From NCBI GenBank assembly GCA_964016885.1, contig OZ024740.1, positions 159,216,001-159,280,000 on the forward strand: a DNA stretch of 64,000 nucleotides. Reading direction: 5' to 3'. Made by a program: the position numbers and the translations under genes. Within the stretch, counting starts at the first letter, position 1, and every line of letters starts with the position of its first letter. The DNA comes from Eledone cirrhosa (taxonomy: Eukaryota). The notes under the pieces are model-generated. The model saw only the letters and a list, made by a program, of their open reading frames with translations, made no database searches and was not told the DNA's origin. Below, piece by piece: positions 32,015 to 45,916 of this stretch.

Positions 32015-32380
32015 CATTGCTGTGGGATTTTAAAAGGCAATGTGATCTAGTGATTGCGGTTAAAAGAGCCAGACATTGTTATCGTAAAACACAATATGAA
32101 AAGGAAGTACACCTCACAATAATATATGTAGTATCTCCATATGGCAGCAGTGTATAAGGAATAAGAAGAAAAGATAGAAAAATATCAAGATCTAAAGAGA
32201 GAAATTGTAAGAGAATAAGGGAACAAAAATCCTTGAAATTGGACCAATTGTAGTGAGATTATGGTTAGAGAAGAATTGGATCGGAATTTTATTAGAGCTA
32301 TTGCGGAAAACCATATTAGGAACAATAAGGATGCTAAGTTAGATGCTAAAACATTGAGGTCTTAGAAACTCACCTTGTGG
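32015..32380 (+). mobile_element. old R4/Dong RLE-domain fragment
   Basis: Frameshifted LLWDF, PDIVIV and IEKYQDLKREI, preceded by AATAATAAT. Confidence 0.7.
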
Positions 32381-32525
32381 GTATCACTTCAATTTCACTA
32401 TTAATCAGATAATTAATCTCTTAATCATTTGGTTAATTAGTTAATTATTAATGTTTATTCGTTTCACAGCCTATGTTCTTATCGAGGATTATTACCTTCC
32501 ATGTCTATTCATCCACACTTACGCC

Positions 32526-32736
<211 letters not shown>

Positions 32737-32799
32737 TTATAAAAATATTTGCTTGTTGTATCTCAACAAATTAAATATAACTTCTACATATATATATTG

Positions 32800-32995
32800 A
32801 CATTGCACTCAGTGCTCCTTTGGGAGCCCCTACATGGACACACTAGAAGAGGAAGACCAAGGTTAACATATGTTGATGCCCTAAGGACAGACACTGGTCT
32901 GTTGGAGATGCAGGATATGGCAGCGATAATGAGGGACAGAGACCGCTGGAGAGAACTCGTCCATGGATCTCGGGAATTTTACCCGCCTTAGATAG
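32800..32995 (+). mobile_element. RTE-type LINE 3' end
   Basis: LLWEPLHGHTRRGRPRLTYVDAL..DTG...M.DRDRWR is a typical RTE C-terminus. Confidence 0.8.
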
Positions 32996-33011
32996 ATATA
33001 TATATATGTAT

Positions 33012-33299
33012 ATAGTATAAAAAAACGAGAAATCAGTGATGCATATGGACTCAGTTTATTGCGTGTTACAATTATTTCGCCGGCAGGTAGCTCGAGATAT
33101 GATCACTGTATGGATCTGGCTGATTCTACGGCTGCAGGTTCCGTCGGACACGGGTAGTTCGTTCAGAGCAAACCTGCAGCCGTAGAATCAGCCAGATCCA
33201 TACAGTGATCATGTCTATAGCTACCTGCCGGCGAAACAATTGTAACACGCAATAAACTGTGTCCAGATGCATCACTGATTTTTCGTATTTTTATACTAT
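33012..33299. repeat. inverted repeat with arms of about 130 bp; probable PLE pLTR remnant
   Basis: Arms are 33012-33140 and 33171-33299. They include CGAAAC-AATT-GTA (hammerhead 3' half) and AATAAA. Confidence 0.85.
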
Positions 33300-33380
33300 C
33301 CACACTCTACTCTGTATGAATATTCAGTGCTAATTTTGGCATACCGCCTATGGAAGCACCATAGCTACCATTATACACAA

Positions 33381-33419
<39 letters not shown>

Positions 33420-33423
<4 letters not shown>

Positions 33424-36400
33424 TTTCGACTAGATTTTCCGACGGTGCCAACCTGGTCTTGGTCAAATCGCAGCGGATCATCTAGATCGTACCTAGATAG
33501 ATTTTTAGTTAGAAATAAGGACAGGGACTTTTTTAGTTGTCCAGAAATGCTCATGGTTGGCTATTCAGACCACAAGTTGGTGACCTGCATGGTCAACCTT
33601 GATAGAACGCATAGACAGGGCCCCGGTTACTGGAAGCTCAACTTGTCCTTGCCGGCAAGTAGAGCCTACAGGAATCGGATTAGTACGTTAGTTAAGGAAC
33701 GGTTGACTGGAGCGATCGTCAACAGCAGGTGGTGGGTATCTCTTAAGAGAGAGATTAGAGTAGTCTCGATTGAATTTAGTAAGGTTCTAGCTGCGGATAG
33801 GAATAGGAAGGAAAGGGAGCTAATATATAGAGTAGAAGAGGCAATTAGAAGCGGCGACGTGGCCAGAGTGCTAGCGTCGAGAACGGCTTTGAGCCAGTTT
33901 TTCGACGCGAAGCACGAAGGCTGCGTTGTCCGAAGTAAAATACGTGCTCTAGGGAACGAGGGGGCCAAAGCTGTTAGCTGGGCCCGCGTGACAGAGGCCA
34001 ACAGTGGAACTAAATCCACCATCCGGTCTTTGCGAGACCTGGATGGACGGGCGATTCTTGAGCCTAAGCAGATGTGTGAGGCCTTTCAAAGGCACTTTGC
34101 CCGACTGTTCGGGAGGGGCGGGGAGCCGGTTGGGAACGTGGACTTCGGTCCATACCTCGACGGCCTGCCGCGCCTCTCGGACAGGGAGGCGAAGACTTGC
34201 GAGGAGCCGATTTCGGCCGCTGAGATAGAGGACGTGCTGAGCCAATGCGGCAAACGCAAATCCCCGGGTCTCGATGGTCTTCCTTACGAATTATATCTAG
34301 CTATGCCGGACTTGTTCCCCGATCTCCTCGAGGCGGTCTACTGCAACTGGCAACAGAACGGGAGAATTCCCTGTACTGTGACCAAGGGCGTAGTCACGCT
34401 AGTGAGGAAGGACGAGAACAAGGGGGACGAAATAAGTAACTTCAGGCCCATAACTCTGCTAAATACAGAGTTACAGATTTTGGCCAAGGTGCTAGCAAAG
34501 AGGTTGGCGCTTGTGGGCAACCTGGTGGGAGATGCGCAGACATGTGCTATCCCGTCCAGGTCCATCCATGACAACCTCCACCTCATGCGATACATCATAG
34601 AGAGGGTTGGGAACGAACCCGGCTTTGGTGGGGCTCTGATCAACTTGGATCAATCTAAGGCGTTCGATAGGGTCGACCATGGTTACCTGGATGCGGTGCT
34701 AGCGGCGGCAGGCTTCGGACCCGTTTTCAGGGGCTGGATCACTGCTATGCACAGCAGCCGCATCTGTTCTAGGGTCAAGGTGAACGGCTACCTCTCGGAG
34801 CCGTTCAAAATCGCGCGGTCCATCCGACAAGGGTGCCCTCTCTCCTCCCTTCTGTATGTGTTGGCTCTCGAGCCACTACTGCGGAAGTTGGAGTTGTTGC
34901 AGGGCATCCCTTTGGAACCGGGATTGCGGAAAGCGGTGTCAGCCTACGCCGATGATGTGACAGTAATGGTGTCGACGGCCTCCGAAATCGAGGCGGTCGG
35001 CACCTTACTGGAGGAGTACGAAAAGTTCACAGGGGCTAAGCTGAACCGGGACAAGTCGATCGGTTTGCAACTCGGCACGTGGAGGGGCAGACCGATGCCC
35101 TCCGATGGCGTCGTCGGACGCTGGACGGAGGGCCCGGTGAAGTTGCTCGGGGTCTGGTTCGGACCGGACCTCCAGGTGGAGAAAAACTGGGCGGAGGTTA
35201 CGAACAGGGTGTTTGCACTGACCCAGAAGTGGGCCAGTTGCAAACTATCCCTGAAAGGTCGGGCGGAGGTGGCGAACACTTATATAGCGTCCGTCATCTA
35301 CTACCGCCTGACCGTAGTGCCCTGCCCAAGGGAAACCCTCACCAAGATGGAGCGCGCGCTCTTCCAATTCCTTTGGAAGAGGCGGGCTCCTATGCTGAGG
35401 AGATCCATCTGCTGTCAACACCCTTCGAAAGGAGGGCTGGGGATGCCGTGGCTAATGATGCGTAAACACGCATTAAGGCTACGGCACCTCTACGTATTCC
35501 TCACCGGACAACCGGTGTGGGCCTCGTTTGTGAGACGAACCTTTCCCAGACTCGTCTCACTCACCGAGCTGCAATCCTGGGTCAAGCAAAGACCGAGAAA
35601 ACTGGGCGCCTGGCACACTGAGTGTGCCCAGGCGCTCACCGCCCTCTGGCAGGCGGATCCGGTTATCAGTGGAGACTCCACCGCAACATTCTATAGAGGG
35701 CTGGTACGCAGCAGGTGCGACGACGCCCTCGGAGAAGCCCTAGACATGGAGGAGGACGAACTGGCCAGCCTGTTCGGTAGGACATTCAGCCCGGGACCTA
35801 TGGACAACTTCCAGAAGTCCCTGGCCTGGCAGTGCTACCGAGAGGCTTTACCCGTTCGAGAAAGGCTCTACAGACACGGGCGCCCGGGAAGGGACCCCGC
35901 CAAAAAGATCTGTCCCAGATGCGTGTGCGACGAGGAAACCGTTGCACACGCATTGGTACACTGCTCGGGCGTAGCCGATCTGTGGGGCTATGTCGAACAA
36001 CTGCTGTCAAGGGTGGGACCGATCCGGTTGACCACCGAGTCTATTGTAATGATCAAGCCGCCTCCCCCCTTCAAAGATGAAGCAGAGGCGGTGTTTCTGT
36101 GCGTAATAGCCATGGCGAAAGAGGTTGTATGGTGGACGCGTCTGAAAGGACTGAGGTCAGGCACCTTTCTCTCTGGCCAACAACTAGTCCGTTTCTTCCG
36201 ATATCATTTCGGAAGAAGGATCAGGATGGAGAGAGAGGTGCTGTACCCCAGTCGTTTTTATGAAAGGTGGGTGAAAGTGGCGAGAATGGCCCGTGTGAAT
36301 GGGCCTTCTCTTTACATAAGCCTGTAGGTGGAAAAGAGGAAGGAACGAGGGAGCACCCCCTCTCTGTGCTCCTGAGGAAAAGGGTTGCACACTTTTTTCG

Positions 36401-36590
36401 GGGGTGTGTGCGACCCCCCAAGGCGCCTCCTCTCTATTGAGAATTTTGTTAAAAATTTTATTTTTTGTTATATCTTATTTTATTTTTATATTTTGTTATT
36501 GCCTCCTCCTTATTGAGGACGCCTTTTTGTGTAAACTCCCCCCTTTGTACTTGTCCCACTTTTGATGCCCTAGTGGCAAATAAAAGAAAC
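33420..36590 (+). mobile_element. 5'-truncated L1/Tx1-clade LINE inserted in (AT)n
   Basis: Flanked by (TA)n at 33382-33419 and (AT)n from 36591. It ends in AATAAAAGAAAC. Confidence 0.95.
33445..36327 (+). CDS. Tx1 ORF2, uninterrupted 960 aa (C-terminal APE, RT, zinc-binding domain); N-terminus lost
   Basis: Motifs SYLDR, SDH, KSPGLDG, NFRPITLLN, LDQSKAFDRV, IRQGCPLS, AYADD and CPRC...ETVAHALVHC. Confidence 0.93.
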   Translation: MPTWSWSNRSGSSRSYLDRFLVRNKDRDFFSCPEMLMVGYSDHKLVTCMVNLDRTHRQGPGYWKLNLSLPASRAYRNRISTLVKERLTGAIVNSRWWVSLKREIRVVSIEFSKVLAADRNRKERELIYRVEEAIRSGDVARVLASRTALSQFFDAKHEGCVVRSKIRALGNEGAKAVSWARVTEANSGTKSTIRSLRDLDGRAILEPKQMCEAFQRHFARLFGRGGEPVGNVDFGPYLDGLPRLSDREAKTCEEPISAAEIEDVLSQCGKRKSPGLDGLPYELYLAMPDLFPDLLEAVYCNWQQNGRIPCTVTKGVVTLVRKDENKGDEISNFRPITLLNTELQILAKVLAKRLALVGNLVGDAQTCAIPSRSIHDNLHLMRYIIERVGNEPGFGGALINLDQSKAFDRVDHGYLDAVLAAAGFGPVFRGWITAMHSSRICSRVKVNGYLSEPFKIARSIRQGCPLSSLLYVLALEPLLRKLELLQGIPLEPGLRKAVSAYADDVTVMVSTASEIEAVGTLLEEYEKFTGAKLNRDKSIGLQLGTWRGRPMPSDGVVGRWTEGPVKLLGVWFGPDLQVEKNWAEVTNRVFALTQKWASCKLSLKGRAEVANTYIASVIYYRLTVVPCPRETLTKMERALFQFLWKRRAPMLRRSICCQHPSKGGLGMPWLMMRKHALRLRHLYVFLTGQPVWASFVRRTFPRLVSLTELQSWVKQRPRKLGAWHTECAQALTALWQADPVISGDSTATFYRGLVRSRCDDALGEALDMEEDELASLFGRTFSPGPMDNFQKSLAWQCYREALPVRERLYRHGRPGRDPAKKICPRCVCDEETVAHALVHCSGVADLWGYVEQLLSRVGPIRLTTESIVMIKPPPPFKDEAEAVFLCVIAMAKEVVWWTRLKGLRSGTFLSGQQLVRFFRYHFGRRIRMEREVLYPSRFYERWVKVARMARVNGPSLYISL

Positions 36591-36610
36591 ATATATATAT
36601 ATATATATAT

Positions 36611-37376
36611 GTGGTTAATGCCTTCTTGACCACTTTTCAGTTTGTATGGCGTTTTAACATATTGTTTAGCTCTAGGCTCTAGTTTTCTTAACTATTGGAG
36701 CGCTTGCCAGCATTTCTACGATTTTGCGTTTCGTTTCGCTTTTTCTACCACCCGAAATACGATTCTCGCTGAATTTATATTTGTATTAATCTCCCGAGTC
36801 TTACAATTAACCTGTTAATAATTCTATTGACAGATTAATTGCATAAGTTTATTTTAAAAACTACCTGGTTGAGTGCTTATTCGATTTGTGCTATCTATGC
36901 AATTTTTTGTATGATATACACATACTGAATTCATTTGCCAAAATCTGGGGAATTTCCCCTTGTGACTTACACATGTGCTTTTACAAAGTTCTGCGTCACT
37001 CACAAAGCTGGTTACGGAGCAAAATACCTGTTGATAACGTGATATTCCTTGTTCGATCTTTATGCTGAAAGTTTATAGTTTTAAGCAGACAGTATTATTG
37101 ATTTAGGTGTCATAGAAACTCTGCATTTGGATTTTACCATCTATTCCACTTGGGTCCAGGTCCGTTTTTATCATTTATTTTGTTTGACCTGTTTAGCTTG
37201 ATTTGTTTTTTGGCTTAGGTGGTTAATGCCTTCTTGACTACTTTTCAGTTTGTATGGCGTTTTAACATACTCTTTAGCTATAGTTTTCTTAACTATTGGA
37301 GCGCTTGCCAGCATTTCTACGATTTTGCGTTTCGTTTCGCTTTTTCTACCAGCCGAAATACGATTCTCGCTGAAAT
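36611..37376. repeat. partial tandem element (period about 608 bp, direct repeat about 160 bp) flanked by (TA)n
   Basis: 36611-36775 is repeated at 37219-37375. Confidence 0.85.
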
Positions 37377-37396
37377 ATATATATATATATATATAT

Positions 37397-40300
37397 GATG
37401 GCTGCAAACTCTGCCAAGAGTAATGCAATCGCTTGTCAGATTCAGGTGTGGGACGCTCGGATATGGCTTTTCAAGCCTGCTAGAGACTTGCACTCCTTCA
37501 CACACCGACGACAACTATGGATCTCCCTGGCTTGAGGTCCCGCATCAGGTTGCCCGTGAACCCTCACAGCACCGTGGAGATGATAGTTCACTGGTTCTCT
37601 TTGAACATGTCTGCGACTGTGGCTCCTGAGACCAGATTTGCTCAAACAAACTTTTCCACACTCAGGGCACTTCAATTCAATGGAGACACGGATCGTTTCG
37701 AGAGATACACCAGGGCATTGCTTACGCAATGATCTTCTCGTGCTCTTCTTTTGATCTCTCGTGCTCTATGTGTCTGTCATCAAAATTATGGACCCCATTC
37801 CACGCCAAGTTTCTCTTTCAAGAGCTTCTATCTCCCAGTCAGCCATCATCAAACCAGTTTTTTTCAATGAGGCCTTTACACAATCCTTGAATCGGAGCTT
37901 TGGTTTATGAGGTTGTCTCTTACCCTCACAAAGTTCGCCATACAAGAGTTGTTTTGGGATTCGATCCTCCTCCATTCTGCAGGTGTCCGGTCCATCGCAA
38001 ACACCGTTGGTGGATGATGCTCTCAATGCTCCGACACTCACTTCTTTCAAGGACCTCAACATCACTCACATGCATCTGCCACTTGATAACAAGCATCTTT
38101 CTGAGACACTGCTGGTGAAACCGTTCCAGTCTGTGGATATGCCGTTTGTAGGCAACCCATGTCTCACATGCATACAGCAAAGCTGACAGTACACATGCAG
38201 TATACACTCTCACCTTAGTCCTCATTGTGATTCCTCGCCTGCACCAAAGATGGTCGTCGAGCCTTCAAATGACTCACTTGCCTTACTAACACGTAGACCA
38301 ACTTCTGCATCCAGAGCAGGTCACACTCAGAGTACTCCCCAAATAAACAAATGTGTCAGCAGCCTTCAGCTTTTGACCGTATACATGTATGGAGGGTTCA
38401 TTGAAAACTTTATCCGGAGCAGGTTGGTACATGACGACAGTCTTCTTCAGACTGATTGTCAGTCCCAAAGCACTGCACGCATTGAAAAAAGAATCCATAA
38501 GTTGTTGCATGTCACTCTGGGAGTGTGCAAAGAGAAAACAATCATCTGCATATAAAAATTCTCTGATCAAGGTACTCAGTACCTTAGTGTTGGCTATGAG
38601 ACGCCTAAGGTTAAACAGCTTGCCGGAAGTGCGATATCTGAGATAGATACCATGTTGACAATCCTTGAAGGCCATGAAGAACACCATCGCGAAATACAAG
38701 GCAAGTTGGTGCAGGTATATCACCCTGCTTGACACCATTTTCAACCGAGATTGGCTCAGACAGTTTACCTCCAACGTTCACCCATGCTTGCATGTCATCG
38801 TGGAAGAGTTTCAGAATGTTCACAAACTTTTCAGGACAGCCCAATCTCTCTAAAATAACGGACAAAGCCTTCCGATTAACGGTGTCAAATGCCTTGGTCA
38901 GATCGACAAAAACTTGGTATAAGTCCATGCGCTGCTCAATGCATTTCTCCTGAAGTTGTTTGGCCGAGAAGATCATGTCAACAGTGCCTCTACCATCCCT
39001 AAAGCCACATTGGGACTCAGGAAGTACCTCACCAGCAATGTGCTGTATCAATCTGTCCAACAATATCCTGCACAAGATCTTCCCAGTCACAGATAGCAGT
39101 GAAATACCTCTGTAGTTGCCACAGTCATCTTTGGCTCCCTTTCCTTTGTAAATACCACCATCAGTGCATCTTTCCAATCCTGTGGCACATCTTCTTCATT
39201 CCAAACATTCACAAAGAGATCAGTGAGGCGGTTTAAGAAGTTATCACCAGCACACTTGAACATCTCGGCACTCAGTCCATCCATTCCAGGTGACTTGCCG
39301 CTGTTTAATTTGGCAATGGCCTTCGCCACCTCATCAAATGAAGGAGGATCAGCCTTTGCCAGCTTTGTAGGTCAGGATGGAATCGACCGGATGAACTCAT
39401 CATCAATTGCTGATGGTCTGTTGAGAAGCCCATCAAAGTGGTCATGCCACCTGATCAGGATTTCCTTCGGATCTCTGAACAATTCCTTGCTGTCTCCGGA
39501 GCGAAGTGGTGATATTTGTGAACCGGTAGGACCACAGACCTCCCTGAGCAGACTGTATAGGAGCTTTGTATCATGTATATCTGAGGCCTTCTGGATTTCA
39601 TCAGCCTTTTGGCTCCACCAGGTATCCTGCATGGCTCTCAATCGATGTTGCACACGTGCCTTGATCTGCCTGAAGGTCCGGTCACTCCTGGCAGACGTGT
39701 ATCACACAACAATGATGTCAGCACTTTTTGTTTCTCTTCAAGCAAAGTATGGATCATTGGATCATTTTCATCGAACCAGTCTTTATGCTTTCTATTGGTA
39801 TGACCCAAAACTCCAGCACTAACATCATAGACGGTTTTATTCAATGATTCCCAAGTGTTTTCCCATTCCATGGACTCAAGGGACCTCGACAGCCCGGCTC
39901 TGACTTTCTCTGTTTTCAGACGAGCCACGTTTAGTTGTTTTGGAAGTGGAACCTTCTTCCCCCATACTTTGGGCTTCACAACAAATTGAAACTTGGCGCG
40001 CACCAGACGATGATCAGTCCAACATTCCGCGCCTCGCAATACACGGACCAATGTGATATCCCTGATATCACGTTTTCTCGTTAAAAGGAAGTCAATAATG
40101 TTCCACTTCTTGGAACCTGGATGCATCCAAGTTGTCTTATATTTGTCTTTCTGCTGAAAGAGCGTGTTCCCAACAACAATATCCATCTCAGTGCACATCT
40201 GCAACAGAAGTAGGCCATTATTATTGCACTTACCTACTCTATGCCTGCCCATCACACTCCAAGCTTCCCAGTCATTACCAACACGTGCATTAGAATCACC

Positions 40301-40610
40301 AAGGATGATAATCTTGTCTGCATAAGGTATACCATGGATGACCTCTCTCAAAGACATGTATAAACTTAGTTTTCCATCATCACTAGTACACATAGTAGGA
40401 GCGTACACACTGACCAGACTCACAAAGCGGTTTTGAATCAGAGGGACTCTCATGGACATTATCTGATCATTGAATCCACAAGGAAGATTTTCCAGCTTTG
40501 AGACGATTCCATTCCTGACTGCAAATGCGATCCCTACTTCTCAACTACAACCCTCTGCTCCACCACTCCAATAGAAGGTATATCCTCCCTTCTGTTCTGT
40601 GAATTGACCC
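37397..40610 (-). mobile_element. RTE/BovB-like LINE (APE, RT, two C-terminal C2H2 fingers), frameshifted, with (TA)n on both sides
   Basis: Motifs VYAPT, WMHP.SK, ID, TDH; NYRGISLLS, FVDLTKAFDTV, GVKQG, LYADD; CPECGKVCLSKSGLRSHSRRH and CRRC..CKSLAGLKSHIRASH. Confidence 0.92.
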
Positions 40611-40952
<342 letters not shown>

Positions 40953-40998
40953 TTAAAATAATGAAATAAAAAATCAAGTCATTAGAGATATACTTCAC

Positions 40999-41130
40999 TG
41001 CTTTACGATCGTTTCTAGATGGTGATAATACATTGCATCTATACTCAGTTATTAATCTATGCAAGTTTACAAACTATCAGATAGAGAGAATATTTACTTA
41101 CATGTGTATCATCAGCTTTTTTCAAAAGCA
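40999..41130 (-). ncRNA. degenerate long-stem-II hammerhead in a PLE pLTR remnant
   Basis: tgctt-TTGAAAA (two changes from CTGAAGA)-a-agctgatgata...tatcaccatct-a-GAAAC-GATC-GTA-aagca. Confidence 0.5.
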
Positions 41131-41990
41131 ATAATAATTTTATTCAATAATAATTTTACTCAGAATTAGTAGCATGTTAATATCATGTCCTTATTTGGAG
41201 GTAGTTGAAGAACTAACGAATCAAATTGTTTTTTTCATATGGTGTTAAGATGAAAAGTAATATACTTTAGTTGAGGTCATGACCCTTTGAAAGGAATGGT
41301 TGAAGGGTGTTAGTAGAAATGGCATAAAAATCTATTAGGAAGGAAGTGGATTGTCAAACTGATAGTTGAATGTATCTTGTATTTAAAGGAATGTCAAAAT
41401 TTAAAAGGAATGTCAAAATAAATGGTGATTAGTGTTGTATTGAATTTTAAGGTGAATATAAATTATGGCTAGGAAAGATAGTATATTAAAAGATGAAAAT
41501 TATAATAAGATAATGAGATATAGTAATGCGATAATATACAACTTAACCAACACAATATAGTACGGTGTGGTAAATTGCACTTTGTATAATATAACATATT
41601 ATACGTTCTAAAATATTATATGTTTATGCATAAACAATCAAACTCAGATAAGTACATGTTGGCATAGTTAAAACACATAAATTTCATAGTCTACAAAGTG
41701 CATATATCCACACTATATATAGAGAGAGGTACAGTTATATTGATATCTAACCAAAATATACATACGTGCAAATAGATGCAAACCTAAATATACATCCACA
41801 CGCATGCATATAATCATATATATTCATATCTATAATATCTATATCCACACTTACACATCTATACCCCCATATATACATATACACACACACATATATATAT
41901 ATACACACACTCATACATACATACATATATACATACATATACATACATATACACACACACATACATACATATATACATACACATATACAC

Positions 41991-42079
<89 letters not shown>

Positions 42080-42216
42080 ACACACACACACATATATATA
42101 TATACACTTGTGTGAGAGTATATGTACACTCCTCTTAAATGTGCATATACTCATATATAAACATTCATACACCTATACTCACATATACACACACACAAAC
42201 ACATATGTATATATAT

Positions 42217-42308
<92 letters not shown>

Positions 42309-42406
42309 TTATCCCATTGCAGAAACTAATTAGTTGGAGTGAAAATTTAAGTAAGTAAGTTAATTTAAAAAAAAAATTTTTTTAAAGAAATTTTCTTATT
42401 TTACGT

Positions 42407-42560
<154 letters not shown>

Positions 42561-42666
42561 CATACACATACACACATACATATACAAGCATATATATATA
42601 TACATACATAATATATACACATATATATACACATACATAAACATATATACATACATATATATATGT

Positions 42667-44250
42667 ATATATATACACAAATATACACACACATAAATAT
42701 ATTTCCATATCATACATAGGTGTATATTTTTACTCATGCAATTACGGGTGGTTGTGTATCTTGTTGCCTTTAGTCATTAACGCATAAATCTAAGGAAGCT
42801 AAAACATTAAAAGGCAAAAATAAGCATGAAAGCATATAATTAGGGGAAAGAGGTACTAATAAATGTTATTCTATACGGAATTATAGTGAGTTGCTATTTA
42901 GAATATTTAATTAGGTTTATAGTATTTAATTAGGTTAATAGTATTTAAATGTTTTTCGTATACGGTGATTACAGACTATGGACAATTCCTGTCTTTTATT
43001 TAATAAATCGTCCTTATATATATACCAAATTCCACAAATAAGGACACTAACCATAGGAATTCTTCTAGAACACAACACAATAATATAAGGGATAATAAAA
43101 ACTTAACTAAAAACCGCAAAAGAAACACAACATGGTACAACGCACCCTTCAACCTGCAAACTATTGGACAAATCCCCCCAAAATTCTTTGAAATACTACA
43201 TAAACATTTTCCACCAAACCACAGATACCACCAAATATTTAACAAATATACTTCTAAATTCTCATACTCTACATCAAGCAATCTCAAACAAAAAATAAGC
43301 AACTACAACATTTATAAACTTAAAAATAATATGACTACACCAACGCAACATAATTTAAATAGGACTGCACCTTTTAAAAAGACAAATAATACAATCCTTC
43401 AACCTAGAAAACACAACCACCCAAATCACCAACACAAAATTACAATACAGCCCTAGCACCAAACCACCCACAAAGCAACCTTCATTCTCCTGCTATCATT
43501 AATTACAATAGGAATAGCTCAAGGATAAATGAGAATAGTATAGGCACCCCCAAAAACCATCTTATGTATGGTTGTAATTGCAGAAATAGAAGCATTTGCC
43601 CCTTAAATGGAAACTGTTTGATTAATAATGTAATATATAAACGCACTGTGTCTACTACAGACTCCAACAAAACATATATAGGATCTACATCAAACATAAT
43701 TATAATAGTTTCAACAATACTAAACTAGCAAACACCAGATCTTTAGCTGAAGCGGTAAATAATTATAAAAAGAAAAAATAGATTTCAAGTTATCGTGGAA
43801 CACCATTCTACAAAAAACTTCATATCTTGGGAACAGGAGGGAATGCAGATTATGTTCAGGAGAGATCTTGGAAATTACTAAATCTAAGGAAGATTTATTA
43901 AATAAAAGACAGGAATTGATCATAGTCTGTAATCACCGTATACGAAAAACATTTAAATACTATAAACCTAATTAAATACTATAAACCTAATTAAATACTA
44001 TAAACCTAATTAAATATTCTAAATAGCAACTCACTATAATTCCGTATAGAATAAGATATATTAGTACCTCTTTCCCCTAATTATATGCTTTCATGCTTAT
44101 TTTTGCCTTTTAATGTTTTAGCTTCCTTAGATTTATGCGTTAATGACTAAAGGCAACAAGATACACAACCACCCGTAATTGCATGAGTAAAAATATACAT
44201 CTATGTATATGGAAATATATTTATGTGTGTGTATATTTGTGTATATATAT
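42667..44250 (+). mobile_element. Naiad-type Penelope-like element, 5'-truncated, with inverted pLTR
   Basis: Motifs WYNAPF, CNCRNRSICPLNGNC (CxCx5Cx5C), VIY...YIGST, CRLC and CNH. About 42667-42980 is the reverse complement of about 43921-44250. Confidence 0.88.
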
Positions 44251-44928
44251 AGATAAGGCCCCTTAATCGTGGTGCGGGAAACCTATCTAGTACAAAGTAA
44301 ATCATGAATTTAAACTTCTGCTATCATATAAGTCACTTTGGTTGGTAAGAACTAAGGGATTAAATATTCTGATATAAAACATATGTTATCTTTTAGTGCC
44401 ATGGGAAACTTCAGCACTTCCTCAAAATGTATTTTGCGTTCGGTGCAAATTTAGTTCATAATAAACACTCACATAAGTACCATTAGGTAATGAGCCACTC
44501 TCAAATAATTTCCACAATGTAAATATCTTTATGTTCTTTTTTAAAAACTATGTATATTAATGGCATAGTATTTATCTTAGCACCTGTTCAATTGTAGCCA
44601 GAAAGAGTGTCACTCACTGGTGTTCATAAGTCGAAAAAAGGGACTAATACATATTCAGAAGGTGATCACATTTGATATTGTGTGTATTATGAAACACAGA
44701 TTCCACAATGCACAGTACAGAACTATAGTAGTTAAAAAAAAAATCAAATATACATGATTCATGTAGACATAAAAATATTAAGAACTAAAACAAAAATCAA
44801 TATTTCTCCGTACCTATGGGTTTCAGACAACGTTGTATCTTCGTCGGCAAGGAAAAAGGGAGATTTGCATTTCACTGCAGCTTCATTCATGTATACATAT
44901 TGTCGCAAGTTTGGGGGGAATCAGATGT

Positions 44929-44959
<31 letters not shown>

Positions 44960-45707
44960 TTTCATTTATTTATTTATTCATTTAGTGAGGAAGTTTCCTT
45001 ATGGCAAATATACGAACAATAACCATAGAAGAATAAACACAAAACTTCTCTGTACGTTTTCCCATTGTATGTATATATAAACTGGTGAGAGATTATACAG
45101 GTATTTCTCGGTGTTTCACAATATAGCTTTTATATTATTGAAACAGAAATTGATCGATGCATACAGGAGAGCCGTAGCAATAACGGTGTAATCTAATATA
45201 CATATACATTCTGGCGTATATATCATTACATGTACATTTTAATAGACGTTCGTTGTTGTTGGTGGTGATGGTGGTATTATTGTGGTTCTCCAGTATGTAT
45301 CATGAATTCACTATGATTCAATAACATAAAGATATACTGAGAGGTGTTTGATTTAAAAAGAAATATCTGCATTGAACTATTGTGGGGACTCTTTTTATGT
45401 ATAGAATAACAATATATGTACGTAATGTTTGAATATTGTCCATAAATTTTGTTCGTCGGGCACAAAAACAACAACAAAATATCACTTTATCCCACTCAGC
45501 CTTACGACAACATGGCGCAGTCCAAACTGTACATATAAACAGGACTGATGTACAATCGAAATATATATGATTCGCGAAGAGACAATGCTATCTGAAACCC
45601 TTCGGCACGGAAAAATCTTGATAGTTATTTTGATAGATTTCCATTTCTCTCAATGCATTATATAGAGATATCCTAATTTGCACGTCAGACTACATTATAT
45701 TTATAAT

Positions 45708-45895
45708 GGGCGGTGGATTGGCAGTATCGGTAGAGGGTCGGACGCCATGCTTTCCAGCATAGTTACGTCCCTTTACGATCTGAGTTCAAATCCCGCCGAG
45801 GTTGACTTTGCCTTTCATCCTTACGGGGTCGATAAAATAAAGTACCAGTAATGCACTGGGTAATTACTGGCCTTGTGCCTAAAGTAGAAACAATT
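45708..45895 (+). mobile_element. tRNA-derived SINE, full-length
   Basis: GGGCGGTGGATTGGCAGTATCGG, GAGTTCAAATCC and tail GGCCTTGTGCCTAAAGTAGAAACAATTAT. Confidence 0.92.
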
Positions 45896-45916
45896 ATATT
45901 TATAGTTATATATATA

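Noticed and set aside
45708-45800. A/B boxes suggesting a tRNA gene
   Set aside because: Box spacing is too long, there is no cloverleaf, and it is part of a multi-copy SINE.
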